DNA of 64,000 nucleotides from Eledone cirrhosa. Taxonomy: Eukaryota. Below the pieces are notes generated by a model. It was not told the DNA's origin. It searched no databases and was given only the letters and a program-made list of their open reading frames with translations. Each line of letters starts with the position of its first letter. Position 1 is the first letter of the stretch. The stretch spans positions 79,174,001 to 79,238,000 of the forward strand of contig OZ024744.1 in assembly GCA_964016885.1 (NCBI GenBank), written 5' to 3'. Below are positions 14,211 through 30,066 of the stretch, in pieces. The position numbers and the translations under genes are program-made.

Positions 14211-14475
14211 GCTGCAGCAATGGCTGTATGCCAGTACTTAACAGCAGTATCTGGACAGCCACAAGATGTCTTTGACTCCAGTTCTGACAGTTCTGAAGAT
14301 ATTGTGCCTTACCTTGTCAACTCTGCATCAGTCTCTCAGGTATCCCCTAACCGTACTCCAAAGTCTAAAAGAGTGAGACAAAGCTCACTGCAGTCACCCT
14401 TGCCTCCAGTTGTGTTCCAATTACAAGAAATGGGTTTCCCACGAAAGAATGTTGAGCATGCCATCAAAGCTCTTG
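14211..14475 (+). CDS. HERC2: HERC2-like exon 7 (N-terminal half of UBA-like domain)
   Basis: tttcag|GCT acceptor and G|gtaagt donor; AAAMAVCQYL...QLQEMGFPRKNVEHAIKAL (MGF motif of UBA domains). Confidence 0.92.
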
Positions 14476-14579
14476 GTAAGTCAAATTTTAAAGTGATAAA
14501 GATTTACATTGAAATATATATAAAACTAACTCTTAATATCCTGTAACGATTTAGCAGAAAGTACCTATAAACAAGCTTG

Positions 14580-14692
14580 TTAACCTTCAGCACGTTGCAG
14601 GTGACAAAATGTACCATATGAATAATCTCCCCTTAATAGGTAATGCAGTGTCAATGGAAACAACTCATACAAATTACTAGCATGCTAAAGGT
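14580..14692. mobile_element. Small TTAA-flanked MITE family B (about 115 bp)
   Basis: TTAACCTT...taatctccccttaat...CTAAAGGT(TAA); other copies at about 48932-49046, 52349-52466 and inverted at 54088-54203. Confidence 0.7.
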
Positions 14693-16372
14693 ATATGCAA
14701 ATATTTATGTAAATAACTGTTGATTTAGAAAGCATTGGAAAAGTTTGAAATTTGAAATGTGACAGTCCCAATGCAGAAATAATTATAATGTATTTAATTA
14801 CTGTAAATAATAGTTGGGAAAATCAGATAAAGTAAAGTACCCATGAAGATGGAAAAAAAGTGGATGGGCGGTGACTACGAGGAATTGAACCCTGCATCTC
14901 TTGAATATCTTCATTAGTGGACAGATAGTTGTGAACATTTTCAGTTAAAATTTTAATCCTTTAGCATTTAAACCAGCCATATCTGGCCAGAATTCATGCA
15001 TCTCTTTCTGTTCAAACCAGCCATAACTGGCCCCTCATACCGACTTTAAGGTATTGTTCTCAAAGTATATAATATCAAAATCTTATAGATTCAATATTAA
15101 ATGAGATAATTATGTAAGATAAAGCCTTTACCACAAAAATACAATAGTATATCTAGAGTAATGTAAATGCTAAAGGGTTAATATGTTGCAGTCATAGTGC
15201 TGTTTTGTACTTGTCATTCTAATGCTGTTTCACACGGTACAGGTCATTAACAGTTAATTAATCATTAATTACTTTCATGTTACTAAATAACAGTTCTTTC
15301 ACTGGATCACATATATAATGTGTTGTGATACAAAGAAGTAAATCTGGAGGATTGATTGTTACAAAATAAAAGTCCAGATTTAATCCTTTTGATACCAACC
15401 CACCCATGACCACCACTGCTAGTTCAAAGATTCAAAAACCATAATTTTAAAGTGTTCATATTTAAATTAGGCCCTTCCATCATAATTTTATGTAAAAAAC
15501 TTTTGTTAAGTTACACTCCAGACACCAACTTAACTATTTAATACCAATCCATCTAAGACCACCACTGCTGGTTCTATGATATAAAAACAGTTGTTAAATG
15601 TTCATATTTAAATTAGAACTTACCATTATAATTTTTTGTAAGAACCTATTATCAACTCTTAACATCCTACAATTATTTAGCAGAAAATATATTTCAAAAA
15701 CAGGGATTTCTTAACCCTTTAGCACTCACATTACTCTATATTTCCTATTGTATTTTCACCGTAAAGGCTTTATCTCACATAATATTGAAGCTATGAGATT
15801 TTGATGTTATTTATTTTGAGAACAATACCTTAACATTGGTATGAGTGGCCAGTTATGGCCGGTTTGAACAGAAAGAGGTGAGAGAATTCTGGCCAGACAC
15901 AACCTGTTTAAATGCTAAAGGGTTAAATCAAATTTTTGTCATTCTTTACATATCATTGTGAGAATTTTCAGTCAACTAAAACAAAAATTTTTAATTTCAA
16001 TGTGATGCAGTCATTGTGCTGTTTTGTACATTTCAAGGGTGTGTTAATTCAAATGATTATACTATCTTTCCTAGGGACAGATTGTTGTGAGACTTTGCAG
16101 TATTAGTGTAAAGACTTCACTATTTAATTTGATGTAGTCATAGTACTGTTTTGTACTTTTCAGGAATGCCTTACTAATGTGGCTTCATGTGGTACGGGTT
16201 GTTAAGAGTTAAGTTACTTTACAAACACCAGCTTACCAATGAAAATGCTTTTTTTTTTTCTAAACACTTTAAAATTCTTAATTTATTTTCCAAATAAGTA
16301 AAAAATAAGTTTTAAGTCAATGCATTTCATTACACATGAAGTTTATTATTTTCCAAATAAATAATATATATA

Positions 16373-16468
16373 CAGGGTGTCCCTCAAAAATGTATACACA
16401 CTTTGATTACCCATACTGGCATTAGAATGCTGTTGAATGAAGTGTGTATACATTTTTGGGACACCCTG
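16373..16468. mobile_element. Tc1/mariner-type MITE in a TA tract; second degenerate copy at 16690-16808
   Basis: TIRs CAGGGTGTCCC..AAAAATGTATACACACTT / AAGTGTGTATACATTTTTGGGACACCCTG, preceded by TA. Confidence 0.75.
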
Positions 16469-16547
16469 TGTGTGTATATATATATATACATAGATGATGA
16501 TGATGATAATGATATATATATATATATACACATATATATATATATAT

Positions 16548-16615
16548 AGTGGTTGAGGATCCGCTAAGGTGAAACAATTGTTCTCGGTATGGTGAACTAA
16601 CTATTGTGTAACCAC

Positions 16616-16616
<1 letters not shown>
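16548..16616 (+). ncRNA. Degenerate hammerhead-like module inserted in (TA)n
   Basis: AGTGGT-TGAGGA-TCC(GCTAA)GGT-GAAA-CAATTGTTC...GAAC.AACTATTGTG-TA-ACCACT; 6-bp stem I; core C missing. Confidence 0.5.
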
Positions 16617-16673
<57 letters not shown>

Positions 16674-17119
16674 GCACATCATATATATACAGGGTGTGCC
16701 CCCCAAAAACGGTATACACACATTGATTACCTGCATAGGCAATATTTATGAGAATGCTGTTGAAATATGTATTATGTATACATTTGGGGGGGGGGGGGGG
16801 GGTCCCTATAATATATAAAGCAAAATCTTTCATTAGATACAAGGTTGAGAAAGGATTAAATCTGTTTATTGGGTATTGAATTATGTCAGTTAAGGTGTGT
16901 TTAATGATTATTAATTATTGACTAATATATGTTGTGTTTGTTTGGTATGCAGGTGGTGGGGTGAAGTAATACCAACCTTTGTTTCTATCTATGACTAATT
17001 AAACTTTTTCAATATTATTTAATATATTTGTGATGTAATATTCTTATTATTTTTATTTACTAATTGGGATGTTGAACTTATGTTGTATCTGTGTATGTGT
17101 TTCTTTCTCCCTCTCTCTG

Positions 17120-18370
<1,251 letters not shown>

Positions 18371-21087
18371 CCAGGGTGGAAAAGCAGCCATAAAACAATA
18401 TATGTGTGTATATATATATATGTTGTTTTATATTATGTATTTATGTGCATGCATTGTGGATGTGTGGTGTGGTATGTTTGTGTGTCCATGTGTTGTTGCT
18501 TAACCCTTTGTCAACTCTGATTGAGCCAGCATATGATCAAAGGTATTCTGGTTGTGACCCTGCTTTATATTCAGGCATATAGTGTATAGTCATAGAAAAC
18601 CTACCAAACAAAGGGTTGTGAGGACTCTTCAGCTGTGTTAAAGGCATAACAACCTCCTTAGTGCTAGTGTCTCAATAAAATGCATTCGGTAGAACATGGG
18701 ACCATATGTAAGTGAGATGCAGGGCTTTTCACCCAGGGGCTATGATTGGGGGATCCAGCTAGTACTTTGTTCTGAGGCCTAAGAGGTAAGAAATGTCCTA
18801 CAGCAACCATGCAACATCCTTTCTGAGAAAAATCTTTGCCAGCTTCAGGCCCCAAAGGGGTTTTGTACTGCCTTGCAAAGTTTCTCTTGGAGGCCCTGCT
18901 TTGGCCTATCTCTGAGGTCTGTAGCCCTGCTTGTGTACTGACTCAGTTTGTGAAAACCCGTCTAACCCTTGCTAGCAGGGAAAACATATTGAATGATGAT
19001 GATGATGATATCTAAGACTACATAATTGTGTTCTTAATTTTTTTTTTTTAAATCGATAGTAGAATTAGATTTGAGGAAGATTTAGTTGTTATTTCTAACA
19101 AGTCAAGTGATATTGTTTAAGTGATCAGAGATTATATATATTATACATGACAAGCAATTACAATGACCTGTAAGTCTAGATGTGAAATTTTAGTGAAACA
19201 GCCATAGATATATTTAGTAGAAAGTAACTGGCAGTGTTTTACTATGGCACAAAGTACAGTAGTTGTTGAGCTGTATGTTTTGTGTAAAAAAAAGTTGATG
19301 AAATCCATTTAGAACTGGGTTTTAATATCAAACTACTTGAAACTGTCCCCGATTCTAGGATACAAAACTGTTTTAACCCTTTAGCATTTAAACCGGTCAG
19401 GTCATATCTGGCCAGAATTCTTTCACCTCTTTCTGTTTAAATCGGCTATAGCTGGCCACTCATATCAATGTTAGGGTATTGTTCTTAAAACAACTAATAT
19501 CAAAATCTCATAATTCAATGTTATGTGAGATAATTATGTGAGGTAAGTGCTATAGATCTAAAAACCTTCTGTCATGATTTTATGTAGGAAACTTTAAGTT
19601 ATGCTCCAAATATTGGTTTAATAATAAGAAAGTTAGTTGTATTATTAAATCCTTTCAAATTCTTGATTATTTTGAAAATTTTGAAAATTTGAAAATCATA
19701 TGGAATGTCTTTGACCAGAAATATGGTTAACTCTTTAGCATTTGCATTACTCTATATTTACTATAAAATGTTCATGGTAAAGGCTTTACCTCAATTATCT
19801 CACATATTATTGAACTTATGAGATTTTGATATTATTTATTTTGAGAACAATACCTTAACATCAGTATGAGTTGAACAGAAATAGGTGAGGGAATTCTGAT
19901 CGGATATGGTCGGTTTAAATACTGAAGGGTTGAACAAGTAATTCAGAACATATTTTGAAGCTCCAACTTTTGATAATGAGTTACATACTATTCTTTTACT
20001 GGTTTCAATCATTTGACTGTGGCCATGCTGGTGCACCCCCTTGATATTTTGGATCTTTTCTCTTTGACACAGTTGTTTTTCTACAGTGGTTGAAATCCCT
20101 ATAGCAAATTCAGATCTATCATAATTGAACTAAATGGACAAACACTTTGCATATCACTCCACCTGAAAAGTCCCCTGGTTCTATAATTTGAAATTATTTG
20201 TTTTTAAGTGTTTATATTTTACCTTTTATCACAATTTTATATAACAACCTTTGTTAAGTTACGTCCCCAAAACTAGTTTAACCCTTTTTATACCAAACTG
20301 GCTGAAACTATCCTGGATTTATGATACAAACCTGTTCATTTTAAAATGTTTATCTGTTTATTAAAACCTTTTGTCAAAATTTATTCTAGTAATTTTTCTT
20401 AAGAAATCATCTAAATATCAGCTTATTAATGAAAAACTTAGACATTTTATTAAATTTCTTCAAATGTTTGGTTATTTTCAAAATTAATTGAAACACATAT
20501 AGTGTATTTCATTAGAAATACAGCAACAAAAGGTTTAACCCTTTAACATTTACATAACTCTATATTTACTATTATATTTTTGCAGTAAAAGGTTTACCTC
20601 ATATAATTATCTCACATAATATCGAATCTACAAGATTTTGATATTATTCATTTTGAGAACAAAACCTTAACATCAGTATAAATGGCCAGTTACAGCCGGT
20701 TTGAACAGAACGAGGTGAGAGAATTCTGGCCGGATACAGCCAGTTTAAATGCTAATGGGTTAATAATGAAACATTCAATTATATAACTGAATACATTCAA
20801 ATATTTGATTATTTTGAAAATGATTTGGAAATTACAGGCAATGTATTATTTCATTGGAAATATAGTAACAAAATTGTTTGACATGTAATCTCTACAGTTG
20901 ATTATTTAACAACAGATTATTTTTGTTCAAAAATGTTGGTGACATTGAAAGAATGTATGTATGCAAGATGTTGCTCCCAGCCTGACTGAAAGGACAGTAC
21001 CTAAAATTAAGTACTGACTTGGTCTGTGATGACCCATCCAGACGATGGCTGCACGAAAAAAAAAATATATACATACATATATATACA

Positions 21088-21157
<70 letters not shown>

Positions 21158-21855
21158 GTGTGTGTGTGTGTACATACATGTAGATATGTGTGTGTGTGTG
21201 TGTGTGTATATATGACTTTTACAGGACTAGAACCGTTTCATTTATATGAAAACATGTTGCATACATTTCTAATGATTTCATATAAAAGACACAGTTCTAT
21301 ATAAAAAGAAAATGACAAACCTGTATCGATGAATTGAGTACCATCTTTAACTATAGTCATGTCTCAATTCATACCAGGAATCCACCCTTAGTTATATATA
21401 TAATAATGATAATAATGAGTGGTTTATATCAACCAGTGTGTATATATATTACTTTAGTTATCTAGTTATCAGTTGGGGAAGAGGTGGACTTTGCAAGTAG
21501 TAATGAAAGCAAGCCACATAAGAGAAGAGTAATTTTGAATAAATACTTGCATAGAGATATGGAACCCATAAGAGATAGCAAAGGCAACCTATCTAAGAGA
21601 ACAGTAATTCCAAATGAATACTGACAATGTGTCAAGGGGAGACAATGCTGTTGGTATAATAAAGTTCACTGAGTCTGTACTGTAAAATTATGCTAAAATT
21701 ATGACAGTTGCAAATGCATAAACTATCTGCAACTCACAGATAGTATCAGTAATGAAAGTATATAATTTCGTTGGTCCAATCTAACGATCATCTATCTTCT
21801 CTCTTTATATACGTATATGCATACATACTTACATACATATATGTAATATATATAT

Positions 21856-21886
<31 letters not shown>

Positions 21887-22011
21887 GTGTGTGTGTTAGG
21901 TAATTCCGAAGAAAAGGCAAAGGAAAAAAGAGTGCTCTATGTATAGAACAGAGCTATTTAATTAGAAAGTGAACAACACAAACTATAACTACAGAGATGT
22001 TATGTTAACAT

Positions 22012-22079
22012 CTCTGTTTGATGAACGATACAGACATATATTAATATTGTCTAGGATCCTGAAACCTTTGGTAATGGAG
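22012..22079 (+). ncRNA. Degenerate type I hammerhead-like motif between (TA)n tracts
   Basis: CTCTGT-TTGATGA-[long stem II with AGAC/GTCT and GAT/ATC pairs]-GAAA-CC(TTT)GG-TA-ATGGAG; core reads TTGA instead of CTGA. Confidence 0.5.
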
Positions 22080-23169
22080 TAGTTATATATTGTGTATATA
22101 TATATATATATATTAGTCCAGTAAATTTTGTGACTAATTAAACATAGGTCAAGTTTTAGAACTTATATCACTTTATCATCTTTAAGAGATATTTTATCAT
22201 ATAACAACCTTAGGATAAAAAATAGACAGTGAATTAGATTGTGTGAAAAGAGTATAATTTAGAACAGTAATAAATATGTAGTTTTGATTCCCCAGTTCCC
22301 CTGTTTTTGTGTACTTCATGTGAGGGGATAAATATTTGACTTTTTACCCTCAAGATAAGTATGTTAATTATTTCACGTTCCAGAGGAAATGGGCTCTAAA
22401 TTCGACAATGATAGAGGTAAGATGGTGCCTGGTTTTATAATTCCTTATTGTTTTTAAAATTTATTGCCACTAATACAAATAAAATATCCCTATCCACAAT
22501 CATCAGCATGAAAAACCTAAAAAAAATCTCTCCACCAGAAGTTTGCTATGGCTGTTAAAAAAAAAAAAAAGATTATGTATTTCTTTTTTTAATGTCACCC
22601 CCATATTATTAACTAGAATTACATTTTGCTCATCGAACTGTCTCATTAAATATAACTAGATTAATAGAGAATATATATAATGAATAAGAATTTGGAAATG
22701 TGAGAGTCCTAAATGCAGAAAATAACTGTAACAACAATCAATCACTATAGATAATAGTTAAGGAAATTGAGTAAATTACCCTTAGAGATGAAATGAAAAA
22801 AAAAAAAAAGACTGGTGCTAACAAGAAATCAAATCCTCTATCTATCAAATACATCATATGCCTATATCGGCATTTTTACACATCTTATGTTAATTTATCC
22901 AATGTTCGCAGTTATTACCTATAGTGGTTGACTGTTATAGTTGTTTCTGTGTTCGGGACACTCCATGTTAAATATAAAATAAAAAAATCACATACAATCT
23001 TTAAAACAGAATGTTGCGTGCAGTGCTATTATTGTTTGCCTGTAACCCATAAAACATTTCATTATGACTATTGTCTGGCTATCATTCTATAGATATGAAT
23101 TGTTTGACTTTGAAATTATTTAAACATATAACATTGAAAATGTATTTAATAATTATAAACAAAGAATCA

Positions 23170-23650
23170 ATCATATTCCAGAATCATTGAGCAAATTATC
23201 AATTTTGAAAGTATTTTACTGCTACTACTACTACTAAATTCATCCACTTCTTGTGGTGACATGATAAAACCTTTCCATCTTACACAATCAAGCATTAACT
23301 GCCTCAGTTTTTCACCGGATAATTCTGTATCTTCTTCAATGATTCTCTTTAATGTCTTGAGAGTTCTTCCACATTTGCATTTTACATTAGTTGGCTCCCA
23401 TAGTAAAAGTTTTGTAATAGGTTTGGTGCCTATTATCACATAAGACCTGCAAGTTGGAGGCACCTGACATGGATGGTATGGTTAATGGGCAAGAGGCTGC
23501 CGTTGAGAATATTTGTTTGAGACACGGTCAATAGGTTTGATGTTTTTTTATCCTTTGTGTGTAGCAACCATCAAAATCTTTGGTGATAGGTATTGTCACC
23601 GACCATGATTCACAGGAATACAGTAAGATTGATTTCACTGAGAAGTATTT
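23170..23650 (-). mobile_element. RTE-type LINE 3' fragment
   Basis: Minus-strand peptide ...KLLLWEP...GRTLKTLKRIIEEDT...LMLD..RW followed by a (TAG)n tail. Confidence 0.55.
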
Positions 23651-26500
23651 TAGCTTAACCCTTTAGCATTTAACATTACTCTACAGATACTATTATATTT
23701 TCACGGTAAAGGCTTTATCTTACACATAATATTGAATCTATGAGATTTTGATATTATTTATTTTGAGAACAATACCTTAACATCAGTATGAGCAGCTAGT
23801 TACAGCCAGTTTGAACAGAAAGGTGAGAGAACTCTGGCCGAATATGGCCGGTTTAAATGCTAAAGGGTTAAAGTAAATTGCTTTTTTCTACTATGAAAAA
23901 TAGTCAAACAAGTTGGTTATATAAGCCCCTAGAGATGGAAAATATGGGCAGTATCTGTCTACTTTCTATGTCAATAGGGGTTTACATGCCTAACTTCTTC
24001 TTTGCCCACTTATTCTGGTGAGGGCTTTGGGGACAGAGTCCTCAGACACACCTTCCAGAAAGTTCTGTCAGAAGCAACTGTCTCCAAATGACCTGGCTAG
24101 ATATGCAAGTGAAACCAGCTGAGCTCATGGATGTTATTCAACCATCTTGTTCATCGTCTGCCCTTGGGTCTCCTGTTGGTTGGTTTTGCCTGTAAAATAT
24201 CTCCAGTGATTCATTCCTTAGACATCCTGGCCACATGCCCGTTGTATCTGAACTGTGATCTCTCAATTTGGAGAAGTAGTGACTCTATGTCTAACTTCTT
24301 CAACAAGATTACTTTAAGCTAACATACTTCATAAGTATTATATCTAATGCAAATTATTTTCCCTTCGTCAGATGATTAAAAGTAACAATATTAAGAATAA
24401 TTGTTTTGAATCCTCAACTAAAGCATAAGTTGGATGGGTTGTTATGGTGTGAGTTAGTTTTTATTTAGAGTTATTACCCTCCTAGATGGGTCAGAGGAGC
24501 ACATCTCGCTCATACTTTCAATTTTTAGGCATGATTTCTATTGCTGGATGCCCTTCATGCCAACTACTACAGAGAGTGTACTGGGTACATTTCATTATTA
24601 TGGCAACAGCATCAGAGATGTTGCACTATCCACTGCAAGGTGAAAGAGTCTTGTCTACTCTACATTATCTCTGCTGCACTTTGGGCTGAGGAGGATAAAC
24701 TCTCCAAATATCGGTCGCTCTCCGACAGGTTTCCAGTTGAGCCTGTAGCAGTGGAGACTTCTGATGTTTTTGTTCCTAGGGCCACCTCCTCACCACCATC
24801 CTCACAGAGTTAGCTACCCACAGGAGTGAGCCTTGCAAGCTGGAATGGCTCTTCCAGTGCATCTCCCTCACCATCCTCCATGGAAACGCCATCTTTATTC
24901 TGTCCGCCGGGGTGGCCAGTGCGTGGGCCCTCATTTGCTCATAATAATGAGAGATGGCGACAGCAGGAGAGACAGAAGCAGTGACAGTGGGAGTTTGGTT
25001 CCTCTGTGTTCGGACTTGGTGTACATGTGTATGTGACTGATTTGATAGTAACCTTTGTTCTTTAAATTCAAACATGACTGAAAATGTGATTAAAAGGGGA
25101 GTTATGGCCGAGAAGTGGAGGAGTGTGGATATGAGCATGAAAAGGGGAACAGACTGAAGGGATTGTAGCAGAGGGAAAAGAACTGTGGCAGCTACATGCT
25201 GATTGTTGGTAGTTGGAGTTGGAGTAGAAGGCAGCATGAGCTACTTGATAGAAGAGAGAAGGTGATGGATAGAACAGAGAAGTATGAATGATGATAAGAA
25301 AAGAGTGACAGTTAGTGGAAGAGGTTGACAGCATTGAATATGAATGTACATGGGGGATATCAACTGATGTGATTGATGATAAATGAGAGAGAGAGCGCGA
25401 GGGAGTGGTAAATGTCAAGTAAGAGTCTCAAGAGAGAGAAATAAGGTTAGTGGTAGTGGGGCATGATATTCAATATAACATTCTACCTTACACACCTGTA
25501 ATGATAGGAGGAGAGAAGTATAGTATTAAAATGATAATGGCAAGAGCGAGAGAAAGAGAGATAGTGATGCCTATCAAGATAATAGTTGATAATGACACAG
25601 AAGACCTGACTTCACAGGCCGAGGCTGAAGCATATATACAGTATGCCTTCCACCCTCCCCCTGTAAAGTGGTGGTGTAGGTGTCACAACAAAAGGCACCC
25701 AGTACTCACTGTAAATGAGGTTGGCGTTAGGAAAGGCATCCAACTGTAGAAACCAAGCCAAAATCAATTCTGTATGAGCAAGACATGGTCACCTGACCTA
25801 GCATTGCGTACGACAGGATAACTTGTCTAACCCATGCTAGCATGGAAATGGATGTAAAACTGTGATTATGATGATAATGGATGATGATGGAAGGATTAAA
25901 TATGGACAGGTCAGTATGGTATAGTGACTAGGATGAGAGGGTAGTATGAAGGGCAGTTGAGTATATTTAATACATCTCTAGCACTATCACCACTACATTT
26001 ATTTTAACTATTGTTTTGTCATGCTTGTGCTAGTGGATGGGTCATCTCCAGTAGAGTATATATAGACATGATGACTACAACTTGATTTCAAGTAATACCA
26101 TCGCTTCATACATAAGCATGAGCATCACTAATGTGGTGTTTTAGTCCTGCTGGGGACCTGCCTATGACCAGCAATACCATGCATCGCAGAAAATGTCACA
26201 TATCAAGCAATGCCTGTGCTTGAAGGCTTTTTTAAGTGAGGAAAGGCTTTGCACGGGGCAATACCACTCTCTGAACATTGAATGTATTTGCCCCAAAAGA
26301 AGAACTGATCTACATCATTGGATGCAAATGAAGTTGCAGGTTTCATAACAGAGTTACCATAAGACTAGGAGTCTCTTGTTACACAAAAAACAAAAACAAA
26401 AGCTTTATTGGATGAGTTCCTCTGCCCTAGATGGGTTTTGCTTTTCGTCCTACAGGGTATCCAAAATCACCCTCATCACCATATATACATACATACATAT

Positions 26501-26537
<37 letters not shown>

Positions 26538-27089
26538 TACATACATATGTACGTACACACACTTATATATATGCATACATACACACACACTTGAATACAT
26601 ACATATGTACGTACACCCGTCTATATATGCATACTTACATACACACACACAGATACCCCAATTGATACTATTTACTCCCTTGAGTTATTTCTCTTAACTA
26701 ATTTTATTTGTGTGTGTATGTGTGTATTTGTGTGTGTACAGATGATATTTATTGGGTACAATATAATAATAATAATTGTTTCTACTTTAGGCACAAGGCC
26801 AACAATTTTGGGGGTAGGGCAAGTCAATTAAATCAATCCCAGTGCATTACTGATGCTTTATTTTATTGACCCCTGTAAAGATAAAAGGCAAAGCTAACTT
26901 CAGTGGGATTTGAACTCAGAATGTAAAAGGCTGTATCTCTAAGCTGAAAAGCATGTAATCATAAGAAGAAGAATTGGACTTGGATATTATAGATTATTAT
27001 AAATATTTCATTACATACATAACTCTAGGTTGGGTCCATGGCCAAAATCCCACCCTTGGGACAAAACTTACATAGTAAAATATATAATT

Positions 27090-28410
27090 TTAGTTCCTCC
27101 TCCTCCTTTTGCATGGGTCCTACTAGCCCCAAACGATGCAACTGGATTCCCAAGTGAGTCCAAACAAGCTCATGGATGTTATCCAACCATCTTGCTTGGA
27201 GTCTACCCCTGGGTCTTCTCTGGTTGGTTTTGCCTGGAAAATCTATCCAGCAATTCTTTCCTTAGACATTCTAACCACCTGTCTATATCGGAGCTGTGAT
27301 CTTTCAATTCAAAGTAATGGTGGCTCTACCTGGAGCAACTCCCTGATCTCCAAGTTCCACACCCTATCGAGTAATATTACACCAAAGATGCTTTGGGGGA
27401 AACCCATTTTAGTCACTTTTATTTGTGATCATATTTTGTTGGTCACACCCAAGATTCATGACCATAGGTAAGGGTAGGCACAAATACCGATTTGAAGATA
27501 CTGAGTTTGTCCTTTACACCTAGCTCCCTTTGTCAGAAGACTAAAAGTTTGAAGCTAGTGCATTACTACATCAGCAACTGCAATTTTTGCATTTAATTCA
27601 ACTGTCTGCCTTCCATTACAAATGAAAAGTCCCCGAGATACTTGAATTGTGCCACATGCTTCAGTGTAACTCCACACACATGCAGAGTGCACTGCACGGG
27701 TTTTCTTGAAAGGACAAATGTCTGAGTCTTTACAGTTTCACCTATCATTTGTATGTCAGAGATCACCTACCAACAAGTTACGTAGCACCATGTCATTCAT
27801 AAATATCAACCGACTGATCCTACACCTGCTGATTTTGATACCACTTCCAACTTCGCTGGGCATGTCCATTCTGTTCATGAAGATTCTGAACAAGAGAGGT
27901 GACAGTACACACTCTTGGCAGAATAATTTCAATTAAGCACCATTAATCCAAACACAAATACTAGGGCATTCATACAGAGACTTCAAGACAACAAGAAACT
28001 CTCCATCAATCACATCCTCTTGCAGAACCCTCTACAATAAGTCCCATGGAAGGAGGTTATATACCTTTTTGAAGTCCATGAAGCAAAAATACATTTCTTA
28101 GCAATACTTCCAAGATTTTTTGAAAGCTTGATGCTGTGTGAAATATGGTTGAGCACAAGCAAGCTGAGAAACAATGTGGTATCTGCCATGAATATAGTAC
28201 AGCTGACCATATCCCTACATCTCTCAGTCAGACAACATAGACTTTACAAGGGAGGTTTAACAAGGAGACCCATCTGTAATTAGAATAATCTCTCTTGTAC
28301 CCCATTTTGAAAATTGGTGTTATCTCTCTTAATTGCCATTACTTAGGTGCCTTTTCAGAGATCCAGGCCACCCAGCACATACGAGTGAGCCAGAGCCTAC
28401 GTTCTCATAC
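27090..28410 (-). mobile_element. Decayed RTE-type LINE (RT and C-terminal remnants)
   Basis: Frameshifted RT-like and WLGHV/GRPR-like remnants on the minus strand; related piece at about 24000-24300. Confidence 0.6.
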
Positions 28411-29994
28411 CTTAAAAGCCTTAATTAAAAGTTAGCTATTACAATCTATAAAATAGATTTTGTCTATTTTATTTGTTTTTATTTTCAGTAAGTGGGGCTT
28501 TCATCCAGTAAGAGTTGGGATTTTGTTTGATTAGTGTTTTTGTCCGGTCTGGTTTTCATCCTGGAGTTTCTGTCTGTATAGGCAGCAAATTGGCAAAGTC
28601 GTTAGAATGTCAGATAGAATGGTTTGCTGTATTTGTTTCAGTTCTCTGCATTTTGAGTTCAAGTACCACTGAGATCAATCGTGCCTTTCACTCTTTTGAG
28701 GCCAATAAAAAATGTACCAGTCTACTACTGGTCGATTTTTCTTCAATATACAAGAAAATTCAACCCCAATACTAGACATCTTTTCTGGGAGAAATCAGCT
28801 GTGTTCAGAGCTGAAGAGGAGATGGGCTCTGCTAGGTTTAAAATGGGCAAGACATCTCCATCGAGAGTTACAGGTCCATACATACATACATCTTCTCCAT
28901 ATTTTCCCTAGGTTATTGTAAATATAAATAGCTTTATTTGTGGTACTGAATTGTTAAACTACAAGGATTAATAGAATTATTTTGTGTAAGTCAATAATTA
29001 CATATATTTATTTAAATCCAGGAAAAAGGCCACCATAGAAAAAGTCACATTTTATTTAAATACTGTATATTAAAAAATAATTTATTTTGGACATTGGAAA
29101 CTTATATCTATAAAAAAAAACAAAAAAAAACACTGAAACCATTTCCCCACCCACGGGATTTTGCTCTGTGACATTCTTTCTCCTGTGATTAGATTTCTAT
29201 TTAGTATTATAATTCCAATAAATATTTCTAAATAGTTTCTGATAACCTAATTCTATTTATACTTTTCGTATGTAAGAAATCAAACTATGTACATTATTTA
29301 TTCACCTTTTTATATTTGATACTCTAATATTAGGATTAATTAAAAAATTAACTTTGCTGTAAATTAAGCATTTTTTTTTTTTTTTTTTATACTGATAAAT
29401 AGGTTAGTATAACCTATTTCTAAAATGAGTGTGTGAAACTGGAGTTAACTCCCTTTTCTGTATAAATACGATTTTCTCTTTCACTTAACAAGTTTATAGT
29501 TTTCCTTCATGTCTTTTTACGGTCAATAAATAATTTGAACATTGTAATTTACTCTGCTGGTTTATTTTATAACCGGTATTGAGTCTTTGTTGAATTATAG
29601 TTATATGAATTGTTTGATTGATTTTATATTTATTAATTTTTCAAACAAATTAATGGGGAGATTGTGTGTAAAGCTGATGTAAAATGATGATGATGATGAT
29701 GATGATGATTATATGTGTGTGTTTGTGTATTCAACCGGTTTATGACATTCTTTTGATGTGTGGATTAGGCTATTTTATATACAACACTCAAAATTAGAAC
29801 AGCATAGACTGAGGTAACTGGAGGTTTCTAGGGATGCATTGAACTAAATCTATGTGGTATGCATGTGCAGATTAAAGTTAACTGTTTGTTAAGAAACATT
29901 AAATGCCATTGTTGAATATGGAGCGACAATTCATGAATAAGCACATAATCCCATGCCTTAACCATATGCTCAGCTCACCTGTGTGTTTGTGTGA

Positions 29995-30066
<72 letters not shown>

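Noticed and set aside
16930-16972. Possible micro-exon after TGCAG (GTGGTGGGGTGAAGTAAT)
   Set aside because: No strong frame-preserving donor, and exons 7 and 8 already join with the expected spacing
18720-18898. CAGGGC...GCCCTG-bounded repeat shared with about 39460-39620, possible hAT MITE
   Set aside because: Real repeat, but no 8-bp target duplication is visible, so a family cannot be supported
28460-28495. Possible recursive splice site TTTTATTTTCAGTAAGT in the giant intron
   Set aside because: The AG and GT share one G, so it is not an AG|GT ratchet point
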